Positions 1 to 9,733 of a stretch of 64,000 bases of DNA are shown here, in pieces. The notes beneath the pieces are model-generated. The model had not been told where the DNA came from. It saw only the letters and a list, made by a program, of their open reading frames with translations, and did not search any database. Numbering within the stretch: position 1 is the first letter of the stretch; each line of letters starts with the position of its first letter. Origin of the DNA: an uncultured Eubacterium sp. (GTDB taxonomy: Bacteria > Bacillota > Clostridia > Oscillospirales > CAG-272); assembly GCA_900544285.1 (NCBI GenBank), contig UQUT01000001.1, positions 59,004 through 123,003 on the forward strand. The letters run 5' to 3'. Both the position numbers and the translations under genes were made by a program.

Positions 1-2
1 TC

Positions 3-155
3 GGCGTTGCGCTCGGCGGAAGCAACATTCCCGAATACTGGGGCGGCAGAGTCAACGATACACTTTGCGCTTCCATATTCGGCTTTGACAAAGTCTCCAT
101 AAAGGAAATGGCGCAGAAAACAATCGCCTTTTTCCCCGAAAAAACACAGCAGTAA
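3..155 (+). CDS. 3' end of an upstream gene; only the C-terminal 50 aa lie in the window (GVALGGSNIPEYWGGRVNDTLCASIFGFDKVSIKEMAQKTIAFFPEKTQQ). It may be ADP-ribosylglycohydrolase-like or a glycosidase partner of the downstream PfkB kinase.
   Basis: An open frame enters from the window edge and ends at TAA 153-155. The ribosome-binding site AAGGAG for the next gene follows immediately. Confidence 0.3.
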   Translation, partial: GVALGGSNIPEYWGGRVNDTLCASIFGFDKVSIKEMAQKTIAFFPEKTQQ

Positions 156-168
156 GGAGTGAGTCAAT

Positions 169-1059
169 TTGAAAATACTCAGTTTCGGTTCGCTTAATTG
201 CGACTATGTTTACAGTACCGATCATTTCGTGGCTCCCGGAGAAACAATAAGTGCCATCAAGCGCGAGACCTTCTGCGGCGGAAAGGGACTCAATCAGTCG
301 ATTGCCCTTGCAAAGGCGGGCGCAAATGTCTATCACGCAGGTTGCGTCGGCAGTGACGGCGACATGCTCACGGACGCACTTTCTGCGGCAGGCGTTGACA
401 TTCATCTTATAAAAAAGGTCGACGCACCGTCCGGTCATGCTATTATAGAGGTCGACCCGAGCGGGAAAAACCGCATTATAATTTACGGCGGCGCAAACAG
501 GTGCATGACGGAAGAATATGTCGATTCCGTCCTCTCCGAGTTTTCGGAAGGTGATTTCATCGTCCTTCAGAATGAGATAAACGACATAAACCTCATAATG
601 AAAAAAGCAAAGGCAAAGAAGATGAAGGTCGTTCTCAACCCTTCCCCTATGGATGAGGCACTGAAAACGGTCGACACTTCCCTTGTTGATTATATGCTCC
701 TGAACGAAACGGAAGGCTTTGATATGACGGGAAAGACAGATCCGGACGAAATCATATCCGAGCTTGAAAGAAAAGCCCCCGAAATAAGCACAGTGCTTAC
801 TCTCGGCGACAAAGGCGCACGTTACAGCGGCAAGGACGGAAAACATTCTTTCGGGATTTTCCGCGTTCACGCCGTCGATACGACTGCCGCGGGCGACACA
901 TTCACTGGATTTTTCATCTCATCCGTATCATCCGGAAAGACCGCAGAAGAGGCACTTCGCATAGCCTCTGCGGCTTCGGCAATCGCTGTCACAAGAAAAG
1001 GCGCTTCCCCTTCAATACCCACGATGGACGAAGTTGTCGAGTTTCTTAAAAACAACTGA
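169..1059 (+). CDS. rbsK: ribokinase / PfkB-family sugar kinase
   Basis: TTG start sits 8 nt after AAGGAG. Motifs GSLNCD, GGKGLNQS and DTTAAGDTFTGFF match the anion hole and ATP site of ribokinase-type PfkB kinases. Length is 296 aa. Confidence 0.7.
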   Translation: MKILSFGSLNCDYVYSTDHFVAPGETISAIKRETFCGGKGLNQSIALAKAGANVYHAGCVGSDGDMLTDALSAAGVDIHLIKKVDAPSGHAIIEVDPSGKNRIIIYGGANRCMTEEYVDSVLSEFSEGDFIVLQNEINDINLIMKKAKAKKMKVVLNPSPMDEALKTVDTSLVDYMLLNETEGFDMTGKTDPDEIISELERKAPEISTVLTLGDKGARYSGKDGKHSFGIFRVHAVDTTAAGDTFTGFFISSVSSGKTAEEALRIASAASAIAVTRKGASPSIPTMDEVVEFLKNN

Positions 1060-1065
1060 AAATTC

Positions 1066-1108
1066 AAAGAAAAACTGCGTCCCGACAAAACGAGACGCAG
1101 TTTTTTTA
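1066..1108. terminator. bidirectional intrinsic terminator between convergent rbsK and the acyltransferase gene
   Basis: Stem ctgcgtc / gacgcag (1075-1081 and 1094-1100) has an A-run before it and a T-run after it. Confidence 0.6.
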
Positions 1109-1939
1109 TTCGCTGTAAACAAGCTCTTTCCCGTAGACGCGTTCATACACTTCTTTGCAGGCGCGAGCATTTTCGGCGAGCATTCGCTCGGCTTCGATAT
1201 GTGCTCTCACGTCGCCTCTGGGGTATATCGGCGGCATTATATGAATTTCATAACGGATGTTGTCCGGAAGCATGTCGAATTCCGGATCCTTTGCATGAAG
1301 AGTCACAAAGCAAGGAACTATCGGCACGTTGTTTTTTGCAGCATAGTAATATGCGCCTATCTTATACGGGCGCGGCTTCTGATAATTCCACCACATCGCC
1401 TGCTCCGGATAGACAAGAATGAAATCTCCGTTTTTCAGTATTTGTGAGATTGCACCGTCGAGCATTTTCATTGTCAGAAGATTACTGCTCAGCGGCAAGG
1501 TGTCGCAATATTTCAAAAGCCAACCGATCACGCCGGGCATGAAATAATTTCCCTCGCGCACGAGCTTATACATTCTGTGCTTTCCCGGCGCCTTTTCGCC
1601 GGCAAGCTTTACAGCCAGATTCTCCGTGACCGAAAAATGATTGCTTGTAAATATTGCGCCGCCGGTCAAATCCTTGAGATTTTCTCCGCCGTGAACGGTT
1701 ATATCGAATTTGCTCTTGCAGACATTTTTGCAGACCCATTCAACGCCGCGACTGAAAAATCCGTTCAGCTTGAATTTTGCCGTGCTGTGAAGATAGTCAA
1801 CATCGGACGGCATGAGCGTCCTTGCGGGCGGATCCTGTTCAACGTCACAGAAAAAGTAATCACCGCCGAGCTTTTCATAATCCCGTATCTTTTTGAGAAC
1901 AGCCTCTCTGTCTGCCGGAAGTTCGGTTTTACGCTTCAT
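1106..1939 (-). CDS. PlsC-like lysophospholipid / lipid A-type acyltransferase (paralog 1)
   Basis: An NHxxxxE/D acyltransferase motif is present (FTSNHFSVTEN). It is paralogous to the 3697-4482 product over VYPE...W.Y...P...G....A....VPI.P.... Its start overlaps the GT8 stop (ATGA). Confidence 0.55.
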   Translation of the reverse strand: MKRKTELPADREAVLKKIRDYEKLGGDYFFCDVEQDPPARTLMPSDVDYLHSTAKFKLNGFFSRGVEWVCKNVCKSKFDITVHGGENLKDLTGGAIFTSNHFSVTENLAVKLAGEKAPGKHRMYKLVREGNYFMPGVIGWLLKYCDTLPLSSNLLTMKMLDGAISQILKNGDFILVYPEQAMWWNYQKPRPYKIGAYYYAAKNNVPIVPCFVTLHAKDPEFDMLPDNIRYEIHIMPPIYPRGDVRAHIEAERMLAENARACKEVYERVYGKELVYSE

Positions 1940-2877
1940 ACTGTAATCTCCGAAAACATCATAGTTCTGAAATTGCGGTCGCTTTTTGATATTCTTTCAG
2001 CTGACCTGCGAAGGTCGTCGCCCGCCTCGGCGTCACGTCTTTTGTTTTCGTCTCCGAAGTTGTCACGCTCGCGTATGATATTGGCATAGAACGGCGAAGC
2101 TTTTGCGTAATTCCAGAAATGCTCCTGATAAAGTACGCCGGAATAAAGCCAAGGCTTGAAAAACATATTGTAATGAATGAGCCGCAACTTCTCACACGGC
2201 GACGGGTCGACGGACATCTTGTTCCATTCCGTGCCGAGATAATGAACCTTGTCCTTGCAAATGACGTTCAGATAGTCCTGATCGGGACAGATTGTGTCAA
2301 AATGATATGTTTTGAGCATATGCATAAATTTTCCCTGGAGATCCGCCAATCTCATTTCGCGCAGATTCATAAGCAGGACACCGGAATTAAAATATCTTTC
2401 ATATCTGACGCCGACGCCCATGTCCGCATACGTTCTGAACACCTTTTCGCTTGCCACGACCATATCCTGAACCGCCGCAACGAGGTTATCGCCCATATCG
2501 ATCCCGTAAAGCTCGGCTATGTCTTCGAGAACGACCGTATCAGAATCAAGATATATCGCCTTGTCAACGTTCGGAAAAAGCTCCGGAATGAATATTCTGT
2601 AATATATTGAGAGGCTGTAATAATCGCGGAGAGAGAGACTGCTTGCAATGCCGCGTATCTGCGCGGAAACATCGACAAATTTTATGGATATATTTTCATT
2701 CGACATATCCGTTATTATCTTTTCGTTTTCTTCTTCAATTCCGCTGCAAAGCACGTTTATATTGTATTGCATGCCCTTCGATGCGTTTTCTATAAGCGAA
2801 ATCAGCGATACGGACAGATACGGAATGTACCTGTCGTCGCAGGCGTAAAATATCGTGACGGGATTATTCTGTTTCAT
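1936..2877 (-). CDS. glycosyltransferase family 8 (LPS/glycan alpha-glycosyltransferase-like)
   Basis: The DxD motif reads DSDTVV, and the N-terminal region YACDDRY and FNSGVLLMNL are typical of GT8. I chose the internal start MKQNNPV (ATG at 2877) over the longer ORF. Confidence 0.7.
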   Translation of the reverse strand: MKQNNPVTIFYACDDRYIPYLSVSLISLIENASKGMQYNINVLCSGIEEENEKIITDMSNENISIKFVDVSAQIRGIASSLSLRDYYSLSIYYRIFIPELFPNVDKAIYLDSDTVVLEDIAELYGIDMGDNLVAAVQDMVVASEKVFRTYADMGVGVRYERYFNSGVLLMNLREMRLADLQGKFMHMLKTYHFDTICPDQDYLNVICKDKVHYLGTEWNKMSVDPSPCEKLRLIHYNMFFKPWLYSGVLYQEHFWNYAKASPFYANIIRERDNFGDENKRRDAEAGDDLRRSAERISKSDRNFRTMMFSEITV

Positions 2878-3700
2878 TTTGCTTTTCCTCAAATTCTTTC
2901 TTTTTTGCTTTGTATTCGGCGAGAATAGCGTCATACTTTTTCGTCAGTACCTCGCTGACCTTTTCTGTTTCCCATGGCTTTATGTTTCTCGTATGAAAAT
3001 AAGGCAACCAAAGGATTGTTTTCGTGAAGTGCTGAATGACTGTATCCTCCCTGTCATATCTCTTCTGCTCATTGTATTTTCTCGGGAGAATATACTTGCG
3101 TTTTGTGAGCTTATATATCGCTGTCTGATCCGGAAGGAAGATCTTCTTTTTCGCACAGAGCGCAACGGCTTTTTCAAACAGTCCCGTTTTTCGTATCTCT
3201 GCCATGTTAAGAAGAAGAACCCCGGCGTTTATGTAATGATAACCCATGAAGATCTTTCCGTAATAATCAAGCGCGGCGGCATATTCATAGCCTTCGATAT
3301 CTGTATGGAACAGCGGCGAAAGATCGCCGTTTATCACAATGTCGGTGTCAAGATAGAGAACTTTATCGGGAATATCCGGCAATCTGTCGGCAAAGAGACG
3401 CAGAAATGTATACGGCGTATATCCCGTCTGCGAATTCGGCGAGTGACCAAGGTGCGCTCTGTAAAGCTCGCCGACGTCAATAAGACTGACGTTACTTTCG
3501 GAATTTACCGATTTATAAATGCTTTCAACAAATATGCGTTGCGCCTCAGTTATAGGCTCGAAACGCTCTTCGATATCTGTCAGATCCATTGTCAGGATGT
3601 AAGCATTGACGGCTTCCCGCGTATGCTTTACCGTCGATACTGCGGAAATAATAAGTCCGTCAAACATTCTGTCGTTGCCTGCGTACATTACGGAAATCAC
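2864..3700 (-). CDS. glycosyltransferase family 8 (second paralog)
   Basis: YAGNDRMF, DTDIVINGD and NAGVLLLNM are GT8 motifs. This gene overlaps the downstream GT8 by 14 nt and the upstream acyltransferase by 4 nt. Confidence 0.7.
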   Translation of the reverse strand: MISVMYAGNDRMFDGLIISAVSTVKHTREAVNAYILTMDLTDIEERFEPITEAQRIFVESIYKSVNSESNVSLIDVGELYRAHLGHSPNSQTGYTPYTFLRLFADRLPDIPDKVLYLDTDIVINGDLSPLFHTDIEGYEYAAALDYYGKIFMGYHYINAGVLLLNMAEIRKTGLFEKAVALCAKKKIFLPDQTAIYKLTKRKYILPRKYNEQKRYDREDTVIQHFTKTILWLPYFHTRNIKPWETEKVSEVLTKKYDAILAEYKAKKKEFEEKQNETE

Positions 3701-4482
3701 TTTTTTTCCTCCTTTTTTATATACTCAATAAATCTGTAATCACTGTTTTCGGAGTTTTTCAGCATTGATTCATAAGCCGTATCGCGCAGTTTTTTCTCTG
3801 CGTCGCGCGGAGAAAGGGTGCTTTCCGGATAGAACGGACCGTCGATATAAACGGTGACCTTCGGCGGCTTGCCTTCCTTTCTCACTTGAAACGTGCTTGT
3901 CGATACATAAATCGGCACATTATGTTTTACAGGAAAATGAAATGACTTGCTTTCAAAAGGTCTTATTCTCGTATAGTACGGCCAGATGTGCGCCTCAGGA
4001 TATATCGTGACACAGCTTCCCTGCAAAATCCGTTTTTCGATTGCGTCCGTAAATCTTCTGAAGGCATACGGCGACTTCGGTATCGGGAGCGCGCCGCTCA
4101 TAGAGAGAAAATTTCTAGTCCCGAAGGTTGAAAGGTTTTCGGAGTTGACAACAACATACGTCTTTTTCGGAAACATCAGAAGCGACGGAATAAATGCGTC
4201 GCCGATGATGAGTGTATGATTTGCGTAAAGAAAGCAACCGCCTTCGTCCCTGCGTTTCTTTTTCGTCCTGTCGACAATTTTCAGCTTCAGTTTTATCTTG
4301 CAATAAAGAAAAGCTATCGGCGTCATTATGACGCGGTAAACAAAAAACGCAAGTGCCCTCCAGAAAATATTTTTGTGGACATATTTGTATTTCTTCGGCA
4401 CTTCATATCCCGAACGACTGACACCGGCAAACTCATCTTTGAGTTCATCCGAATAATAAATAACTTTCTTCTCTTTTCTCAT
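3697..4482 (-). CDS. PlsC-like acyltransferase (paralog 2)
   Basis: YANHTLIIGD and VTIYPEAHIWPY...NVPIYV resemble the 1106-1939 product. It is the first gene of a four-gene minus-strand operon. Confidence 0.55.
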   Translation of the reverse strand: MRKEKKVIYYSDELKDEFAGVSRSGYEVPKKYKYVHKNIFWRALAFFVYRVIMTPIAFLYCKIKLKLKIVDRTKKKRRDEGGCFLYANHTLIIGDAFIPSLLMFPKKTYVVVNSENLSTFGTRNFLSMSGALPIPKSPYAFRRFTDAIEKRILQGSCVTIYPEAHIWPYYTRIRPFESKSFHFPVKHNVPIYVSTSTFQVRKEGKPPKVTVYIDGPFYPESTLSPRDAEKKLRDTAYESMLKNSENSDYRFIEYIKKEEKK

Positions 4483-4639
4483 GAGCTTCCTTTCAAAAGC
4501 GGAATATCTGGAAAGATCCTATCACATGCGGATCGGGAAAGCAACCTATCGTGCCTCTATTGCCCTTCTATATTCCGAAAATCGCTTATTCTACCGCGAA
4601 AACAAAAGAGTAGAGTCGTAGAATCCGACTCTACTCAAC

Positions 4640-4668
4640 GAAAAAACGCCCTTTTGAGGCGTTTTTTC
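4640..4668. terminator. intrinsic terminator downstream of the tetR-family gene
   Basis: aaaaaacgcc cttttga ggcgtttttt is a perfect hairpin with flanking A and T runs. A second 11-bp hairpin, gagtagagtcg/cgactctactc, lies at 4600-4632. Confidence 0.6.
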
Positions 4669-4688
4669 ATACATATATTTTCTTTAAT

Positions 4689-5264
4689 TCAATTATTGTC
4701 CGCTTTATTCATTTCTTTGCTGCGTTTCATGATTTCATTGGAAAAATCACGGCAAAGATCCGCAAGGCTATAAATCTCTTCTATAGCGTCCTCTTTCATG
4801 CCCTTTTCTATCCATTCAAATGACAGTCCGAACAGCTCGCATTTGAAAAATATGATTGCGGACGCTCTTGCTTTTTCACTTTCGGGGTCTTTGCCGAACA
4901 CCGTTTCAAGATATTTTGTGACGACATATTCGCAGAGCTTCATCATCGACTTTTCATAAATATCTCTGTTTGCCGAGTTATAAATATGTAAAACGGCTTT
5001 CTTGTTTTCAAGTGCGTATCTGAACATGATATTGATGCATTCCCGAAGAGAGTTTACCGTCGGATGCTGCTCGATTATCCTGTCTGCGTCCTCCTTGATT
5101 ATCTCCTCGATTAGTGACGGAATGTCCTGAAAATGATAGTAAAAAGAGTTTCTGTTTATTCCACAGTCTTCAACAATGTCTCTCACGCTTATTTTGCTCA
5201 GCGGTTGCTGATTGAGCAGCTTCATAAACGATGATTTTATCGCCTGCTTTGTGAAATTTGCCAT
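4689..5264 (-). CDS. TetR/AcrR family transcriptional regulator
   Basis: The N-terminal HTH reads ISVRDIVEDCGINRNSFYYHF. Length is 191 aa. Confidence 0.75.
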   Translation of the reverse strand: MANFTKQAIKSSFMKLLNQQPLSKISVRDIVEDCGINRNSFYYHFQDIPSLIEEIIKEDADRIIEQHPTVNSLRECINIMFRYALENKKAVLHIYNSANRDIYEKSMMKLCEYVVTKYLETVFGKDPESEKARASAIIFFKCELFGLSFEWIEKGMKEDAIEEIYSLADLCRDFSNEIMKRSKEMNKADNN

Positions 5265-5475
5265 GCGTTTGCTCCCTTTGTGTTATTTTCCCTGTTATTA
5301 TATCATTTCTCAGCCGAAATTGCAAGCAAAAAGCGCACTGAATGTGCGCTTTTGCCTGCAAATTGTGATTTTAATAAATCATAGCGAGGAAGTCTCTGTA
5401 ATTGTGCGCAATGGCGCTCTGAATTCTTTATTTACAACGTTATAAAACAAAATCGGCGGGTTGCCCCGCCGATTT

Positions 5476-7101
5476 TTAATTGTATGAGAAATATGCAAAG
5501 TCGCCGTTTCCGCCGGTGTAAAGTCCGTTATCCTTTACAAGTGCCGCAACACAGTCTCTCATCATGTAAAGCATCATAGAAACATAATAATCGAAATCGT
5601 CCTTAAGATAAGGCACGCTGTATTTTGAAATTACGCCGACTGCGTCGTCGTGAAGCTTTTTCATTGCCGCCACACGAGCGTCGTATTCTTCCCTGTACTC
5701 GCAGATCATAAGATTTATAAGCTCGCTCAGCTTATCTCCCTCGAAAACAAGTACCGTCGGCTTGTATCTGTCGCCGTCCTTTACAAAGTAGCCGTTATCG
5801 CAGAATCTGTCCAATATATTCTTCTGTGAATCCGTGAAGCCTTCTGTGCTGTATCCGTTTTTCACAAGCTCGCGGATTGCCGGCAGATCGTTTGAACGTA
5901 CACAACATCTATCTTTATAAATCTGTTTTCCGAATATGCCGTTCACATCGACATAGCAGCGCAAGTGCAATTTATTACAGTCATTGGAGATAATTGCTCC
6001 GTTGTCGCCGAAGCCGCACGCGTTTATTCTGCCGCGCCGTGCGCCCTGCTCATATCCGATAAAGCCCCAGTTACCGCCGTCTCTTCTCTTGAATCTGCCC
6101 CATACGTCGCCGTCGACTGTTTCCTTCACCGTTGTTACGAGTTTAAGAAAGAAAAACATTGTCGCGTCCTGCTCGCTCATGGTGCTTTCGCCGATAAACT
6201 CCGCATAGTGCTTTGTCACAAAATCGCTTGCCGTGTGCCAGAATTTTTTGTAATTGTCATAGGCGAAATCCTCGCAGAGAGCATTCACCTCTTCTATGCA
6301 TTCGCTTGGCGCAATGAAGAAATTTGTGATGTATTTTCCGTCGTCGAGCTTGCGGAGAAGCTCGCTTTTTTCAAGAATATCAACCTCTTCCTCCATATAA
6401 GGCGCGGCAATACCCAGCTCTATTGCCAGCTCCTCGACCGTTGACGGATTGTTGTTTGCCTCGCACAGGATATTTACCGGTATTTTTCTCTGAACTGCGC
6501 TCCACGGCAGTCCCGACGGCTGATTTCCAGATGACGAAAAACTCAGTCTTTCCGGGTTATAACTTCTTTTTCCGAATTCTCTTGCCATATACATACCTTC
6601 TTTCAGTTTTTGCCTCGCACGGAAAAGCCTTGTTTTGACCGTGCCTTCCGGGATGCCGAGATTTTTCGCAATATCGCAGACACGTTTGCTCTGTATATAG
6701 TACATAAGCAAAACGTTTCTGTATTCCGAAAGAATGAAAGCCATTTCACGGCGAATAGCTGCTATGTTTTCTTCCCGTATAAGGTCGGAAACAAAGTCGG
6801 AATTGTCCGGAATTTCAAATTCCGAAATATCCGTATCCGAAAGCCTTTCCCTCGCCTTGTGCTTTTCGGTCGCCCAGCCTGCGTAGATATTGCGCACTAT
6901 CTGCCAGACCCAGCCCGAAAAACTGTCGGGGCAAGCCCCTCGGCGCAGCTGCTCGATTATTCCGAGAGCTATGTCCTGCGAAAGCTCCGCCGCCTCCGTC
7001 TCGCTGCCCGTCTTTTTAAGGCAGTAATAATAGACCCTTTCAAAATATTCGGAGGTAAATTCACCAATGCGAAGCTCCGCAAGTTCTTTGCCGCCTTTCA
7101 T
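5476..7101 (-). CDS. ECF-type sigma-70 factor with a roughly 350-aa cytoplasmic C-terminal extension
   Basis: The first ~190 aa carry sigma region 2 (WVWQIVRNIYAGW) and a region 4 HTH (VLLMYYIQSKRVCDIAKNLGIPEGTVKTRLFRARQKL). The remaining ~350 aa contain no TM segment and are Cys-rich. Confidence 0.65.
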   Translation of the reverse strand: MKGGKELAELRIGEFTSEYFERVYYYCLKKTGSETEAAELSQDIALGIIEQLRRGACPDSFSGWVWQIVRNIYAGWATEKHKARERLSDTDISEFEIPDNSDFVSDLIREENIAAIRREMAFILSEYRNVLLMYYIQSKRVCDIAKNLGIPEGTVKTRLFRARQKLKEGMYMAREFGKRSYNPERLSFSSSGNQPSGLPWSAVQRKIPVNILCEANNNPSTVEELAIELGIAAPYMEEEVDILEKSELLRKLDDGKYITNFFIAPSECIEEVNALCEDFAYDNYKKFWHTASDFVTKHYAEFIGESTMSEQDATMFFFLKLVTTVKETVDGDVWGRFKRRDGGNWGFIGYEQGARRGRINACGFGDNGAIISNDCNKLHLRCYVDVNGIFGKQIYKDRCCVRSNDLPAIRELVKNGYSTEGFTDSQKNILDRFCDNGYFVKDGDRYKPTVLVFEGDKLSELINLMICEYREEYDARVAAMKKLHDDAVGVISKYSVPYLKDDFDYYVSMMLYMMRDCVAALVKDNGLYTGGNGDFAYFSYN

Positions 7102-7198
7102 TCTTTTCTCGCCCCCTTTCGCTTAAGAAGTATCGATTTTTCAAATTCGGTTTCAAAAAATTTATCAAAAAAGCTCCGCAGATTACGGAGCTTATAGT

Positions 7199-8002
7199 TT
7201 ATACGGTTTCCCGCAAGCCAAGACTGACAGCCAATTCGTCAAGATAATCAATATGACCGTGATCTGCGCCGTACAGCGTCACATAACCGTCTTTTTCGGC
7301 AGTTATATCTTGTCCCATAAAAATAACACGTTCGCCCTTTTTGAGATATTGCTTATGTCCGTTTTCTGTCAGATCATTGTATTCCTTTACCACAGACTGA
7401 TAATAGAGTTCAAAAAGCTCCTTGGCCTTTTCTATGTTTCCGAGATGACCGTATATCATACTTTCTTCTAATAAAATCAGTAATGAATTCAAGCTATCAA
7501 GCAAGGGATAATTTCTCCTTTTTGCAAGAATGGCGTCTCTGCTGTTTAACACTTCATAAACCGGTAAAACATATTGATCAATTTCATAAATAATGCTGTC
7601 AATAATTTTTACGGTCTTCTTGTGAAGGTCATACCAAGTTTCATTTTGACCGCTGACTCTTCCCAAACGTGAGCGGATTGTGCATTCATACTCGTGGTAA
7701 TATTTTTTCTTTTCTGTATTGGGCTGAAAAGTTCTTTCGGAACATTCCGGTATGCGAATGCCTAAATTTACACAGAGTAGCCCACCCATTCCGTGCGCCG
7801 GCATGCCGCTTTGAAAATTGATTACCTGCGAAATATCTTCCGAAACAAAACGATGAAGCGTTCTGCCGTATTTTTTGAATCCATATGGTTTGATATGCTC
7901 ATAAACCGACGATTCAATTTCATCGACTATGCGAGTTGTATTGATTTTTGCTTTTTTCTTCAAAAAATCAAACACAGATTCCTCCCTGATTTTAACGCAC
8001 AA
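7199..8002 (-). CDS. hypothetical protein
   Basis: A 267-aa ORF with good coding character; I recognise no motif. Confidence 0.45.
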   Translation of the reverse strand: MCVKIREESVFDFLKKKAKINTTRIVDEIESSVYEHIKPYGFKKYGRTLHRFVSEDISQVINFQSGMPAHGMGGLLCVNLGIRIPECSERTFQPNTEKKKYYHEYECTIRSRLGRVSGQNETWYDLHKKTVKIIDSIIYEIDQYVLPVYEVLNSRDAILAKRRNYPLLDSLNSLLILLEESMIYGHLGNIEKAKELFELYYQSVVKEYNDLTENGHKQYLKKGERVIFMGQDITAEKDGYVTLYGADHGHIDYLDELAVSLGLRETV

Positions 8003-8245
8003 TCATTGCAACCATCATTTTTTATTTTTTATATTATCTTTATTCCCACTCTTTTACAGGTGTCTCAAACACCTTGTTTTAAGGGCTTTTTACTGCCCTA
8101 ACAGCCTATTTTAGAGGGGATTTTCTATGTTATATTTGGTCTGTTTTCTTGCGTGTTGCAAGTGAAGTTGCATATAGGTTAAAGGGATAATTGCCTTTGG
8201 CTTTGAAGCCAGTCATTAGACTACATATTCTTTAATATTATACAC

Positions 8246-8280
8246 AAAAAGCCCGGTTTCGTCAACCGGGCTTTTGCTTT
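8246..8280 (-). terminator. intrinsic terminator ending the int-mobC-like transcript
   Basis: gcccggtt tcgtc aaccgggc forms the hairpin, with an A-run on the plus strand (a T-run on the minus strand). Confidence 0.5.
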
Positions 8281-8608
8281 ATACGCTTGTCTTGACATAC
8301 AGGTTATCAACGATTCCCATAATCAATTCTATGTTAGACATTAGCTCATCACCTATATTTTCGCCGCTTCCAATGCGCTGCAATTCTACTAACACCTCAT
8401 TGAGCTTATCGTAAACGGCTCGATGTATTTTGCAGTTGCCCTGAACATAAATCTTCCTATCGAGTAATTTAGATACAATGTAGTCCTGTTTGGTCATTCC
8501 CGATAGTTCAACAACAGTGTTGATTTGATGATCTTCCTCTGATGAAACCCGAAACCCGATTGTCCTATCCCGAAACCTGTTGTGCTTATCGCAATTTTTG
8601 GCTGACAT
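8279..8608 (-). CDS. MobC-like ribbon-helix-helix relaxosome accessory protein (tentative)
   Basis: 109 aa. RTIGFRVSSEEDHQINTVVELSGMTKQDYIV resembles the MobC N-terminal RHH, and LQRIGSGENIG loosely resembles the MobC LxRIGNNLNQ motif. It starts 4 nt after the int stop. Confidence 0.4.
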   Translation of the reverse strand: MSAKNCDKHNRFRDRTIGFRVSSEEDHQINTVVELSGMTKQDYIVSKLLDRKIYVQGNCKIHRAVYDKLNEVLVELQRIGSGENIGDELMSNIELIMGIVDNLYVKTSV

Positions 8609-8612
8609 ATTT

Positions 8613-9719
8613 TTACCCCCTTCTTAGGCTGTCAAGGTCGTTGGCGATTGTTCTTTGAACTTCATCGAATAGATGGCCATAAATGTCCTGCGTGGTTTTA
8701 ACAGATTTATGCCCTATTCGCTTCGATACCTCGAAAATATCGTACTTCTTACTGATTAACAAGGAAACGTGGGAATGGCGTAAACCGTGAACGGTTATCC
8801 TTTTCAGTCCTGCCTCCTGCGTCATATTTTGAAAATTCTTTGTCAGGGTAGACTTTGTAATCTGGAAGATACGCTGATCCGGTTCCGGTTCATATAGCAT
8901 ATCAATATATTCCCTGAGTTCATCGCAAAGGAAAGCAGGCATACTCACTTTTCTAACCGAACTCGGAGTTTTAGGAGTGCTGATTACATCTTGTCGGCCT
9001 ACTCTCTGATAGGTCTTATTAACGGTAATAATCCCTTCCTCCAAGTCAATGTCATTGAGAGTCAAGGCAAGCATTTCGCCTTCTCTGAGGCCACACCAGT
9101 AAAGAACTTCAAAAGCATAGTAGTAATGAGGATTCTGCATAGCGTAGTAGGCAAATTTTTCGTATTCGTCTGCACTCCAGAACTCGACTCTCTTATCCTT
9201 AATGCCCATATTTTTGATGTCAGCAAGGGGGTTTAATTTGAGATACCCCTTGCTGTGAGCATAGTTGATAACCGAATTGAACTGGCTCTGGATTGTTCTA
9301 AGGAACGCCTTAGAGAGAGGTTTCCCGTCCGGTTTGACAACGCTTTTCATTTTAGCCTGCCACGCTGCAATATCATCATCTGTTATATCCGCAATCGGCG
9401 TATCCCGAAAAGTCGGAAAGATGTGCTTTTCAAAGACGTTGTGTTTCGTTCTCAGGGAGGATTCTTTAATATCCTCCCGCTTATGCGACATAAGGTATTC
9501 CTGAAAAACGTCCTCAAATGTTCTCTCATAAGGTGCTTCTTCCTCCTCATTCTCTGCGGTGAGATTTTCAAGAAAATTCTCCTCATAGTCCTTTGCTTCT
9601 CGCTTGCTGTCAAAACCACGCTTGTATTCGGTTTGCGTGGTTCCAGTGTTCGGATCGACATAATTGAATTTTGCAAGCCACTTAACACCCTTTTTTACCT
9701 GATACTTATACTGCGGCAT
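8613..9719 (-). CDS. int: tyrosine site-specific integrase, Tn916 Int family
   Basis: The N-terminal arm-binding domain reads YKYQVKKGVKWLAKFNYVDPNTGTTQTEYKRGF. The C-terminal catalytic region reads HGLRHSHVSLL...GH...Y. Confidence 0.9.
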   Translation of the reverse strand: MPQYKYQVKKGVKWLAKFNYVDPNTGTTQTEYKRGFDSKREAKDYEENFLENLTAENEEEEAPYERTFEDVFQEYLMSHKREDIKESSLRTKHNVFEKHIFPTFRDTPIADITDDDIAAWQAKMKSVVKPDGKPLSKAFLRTIQSQFNSVINYAHSKGYLKLNPLADIKNMGIKDKRVEFWSADEYEKFAYYAMQNPHYYYAFEVLYWCGLREGEMLALTLNDIDLEEGIITVNKTYQRVGRQDVISTPKTPSSVRKVSMPAFLCDELREYIDMLYEPEPDQRIFQITKSTLTKNFQNMTQEAGLKRITVHGLRHSHVSLLISKKYDIFEVSKRIGHKSVKTTQDIYGHLFDEVQRTIANDLDSLRRG

Positions 9720-9733
9720 ATCGCTCGCCTCCT

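Noticed and set aside
52-870. 272-aa minus-strand ORF
   Set aside because: It lies entirely antisense to the well-supported ribokinase gene and carries no motifs. It is a typical shadow ORF in GC-biased coding DNA.
8003-8278. Several short hairpins (aggtgt/acacct, cttgc/gcaag) near the presumed element end, as possible Tn916-like terminal inverted repeats
   Set aside because: No matching partner could be found near the other presumed end (15040-15240). The element boundaries remain undefined.
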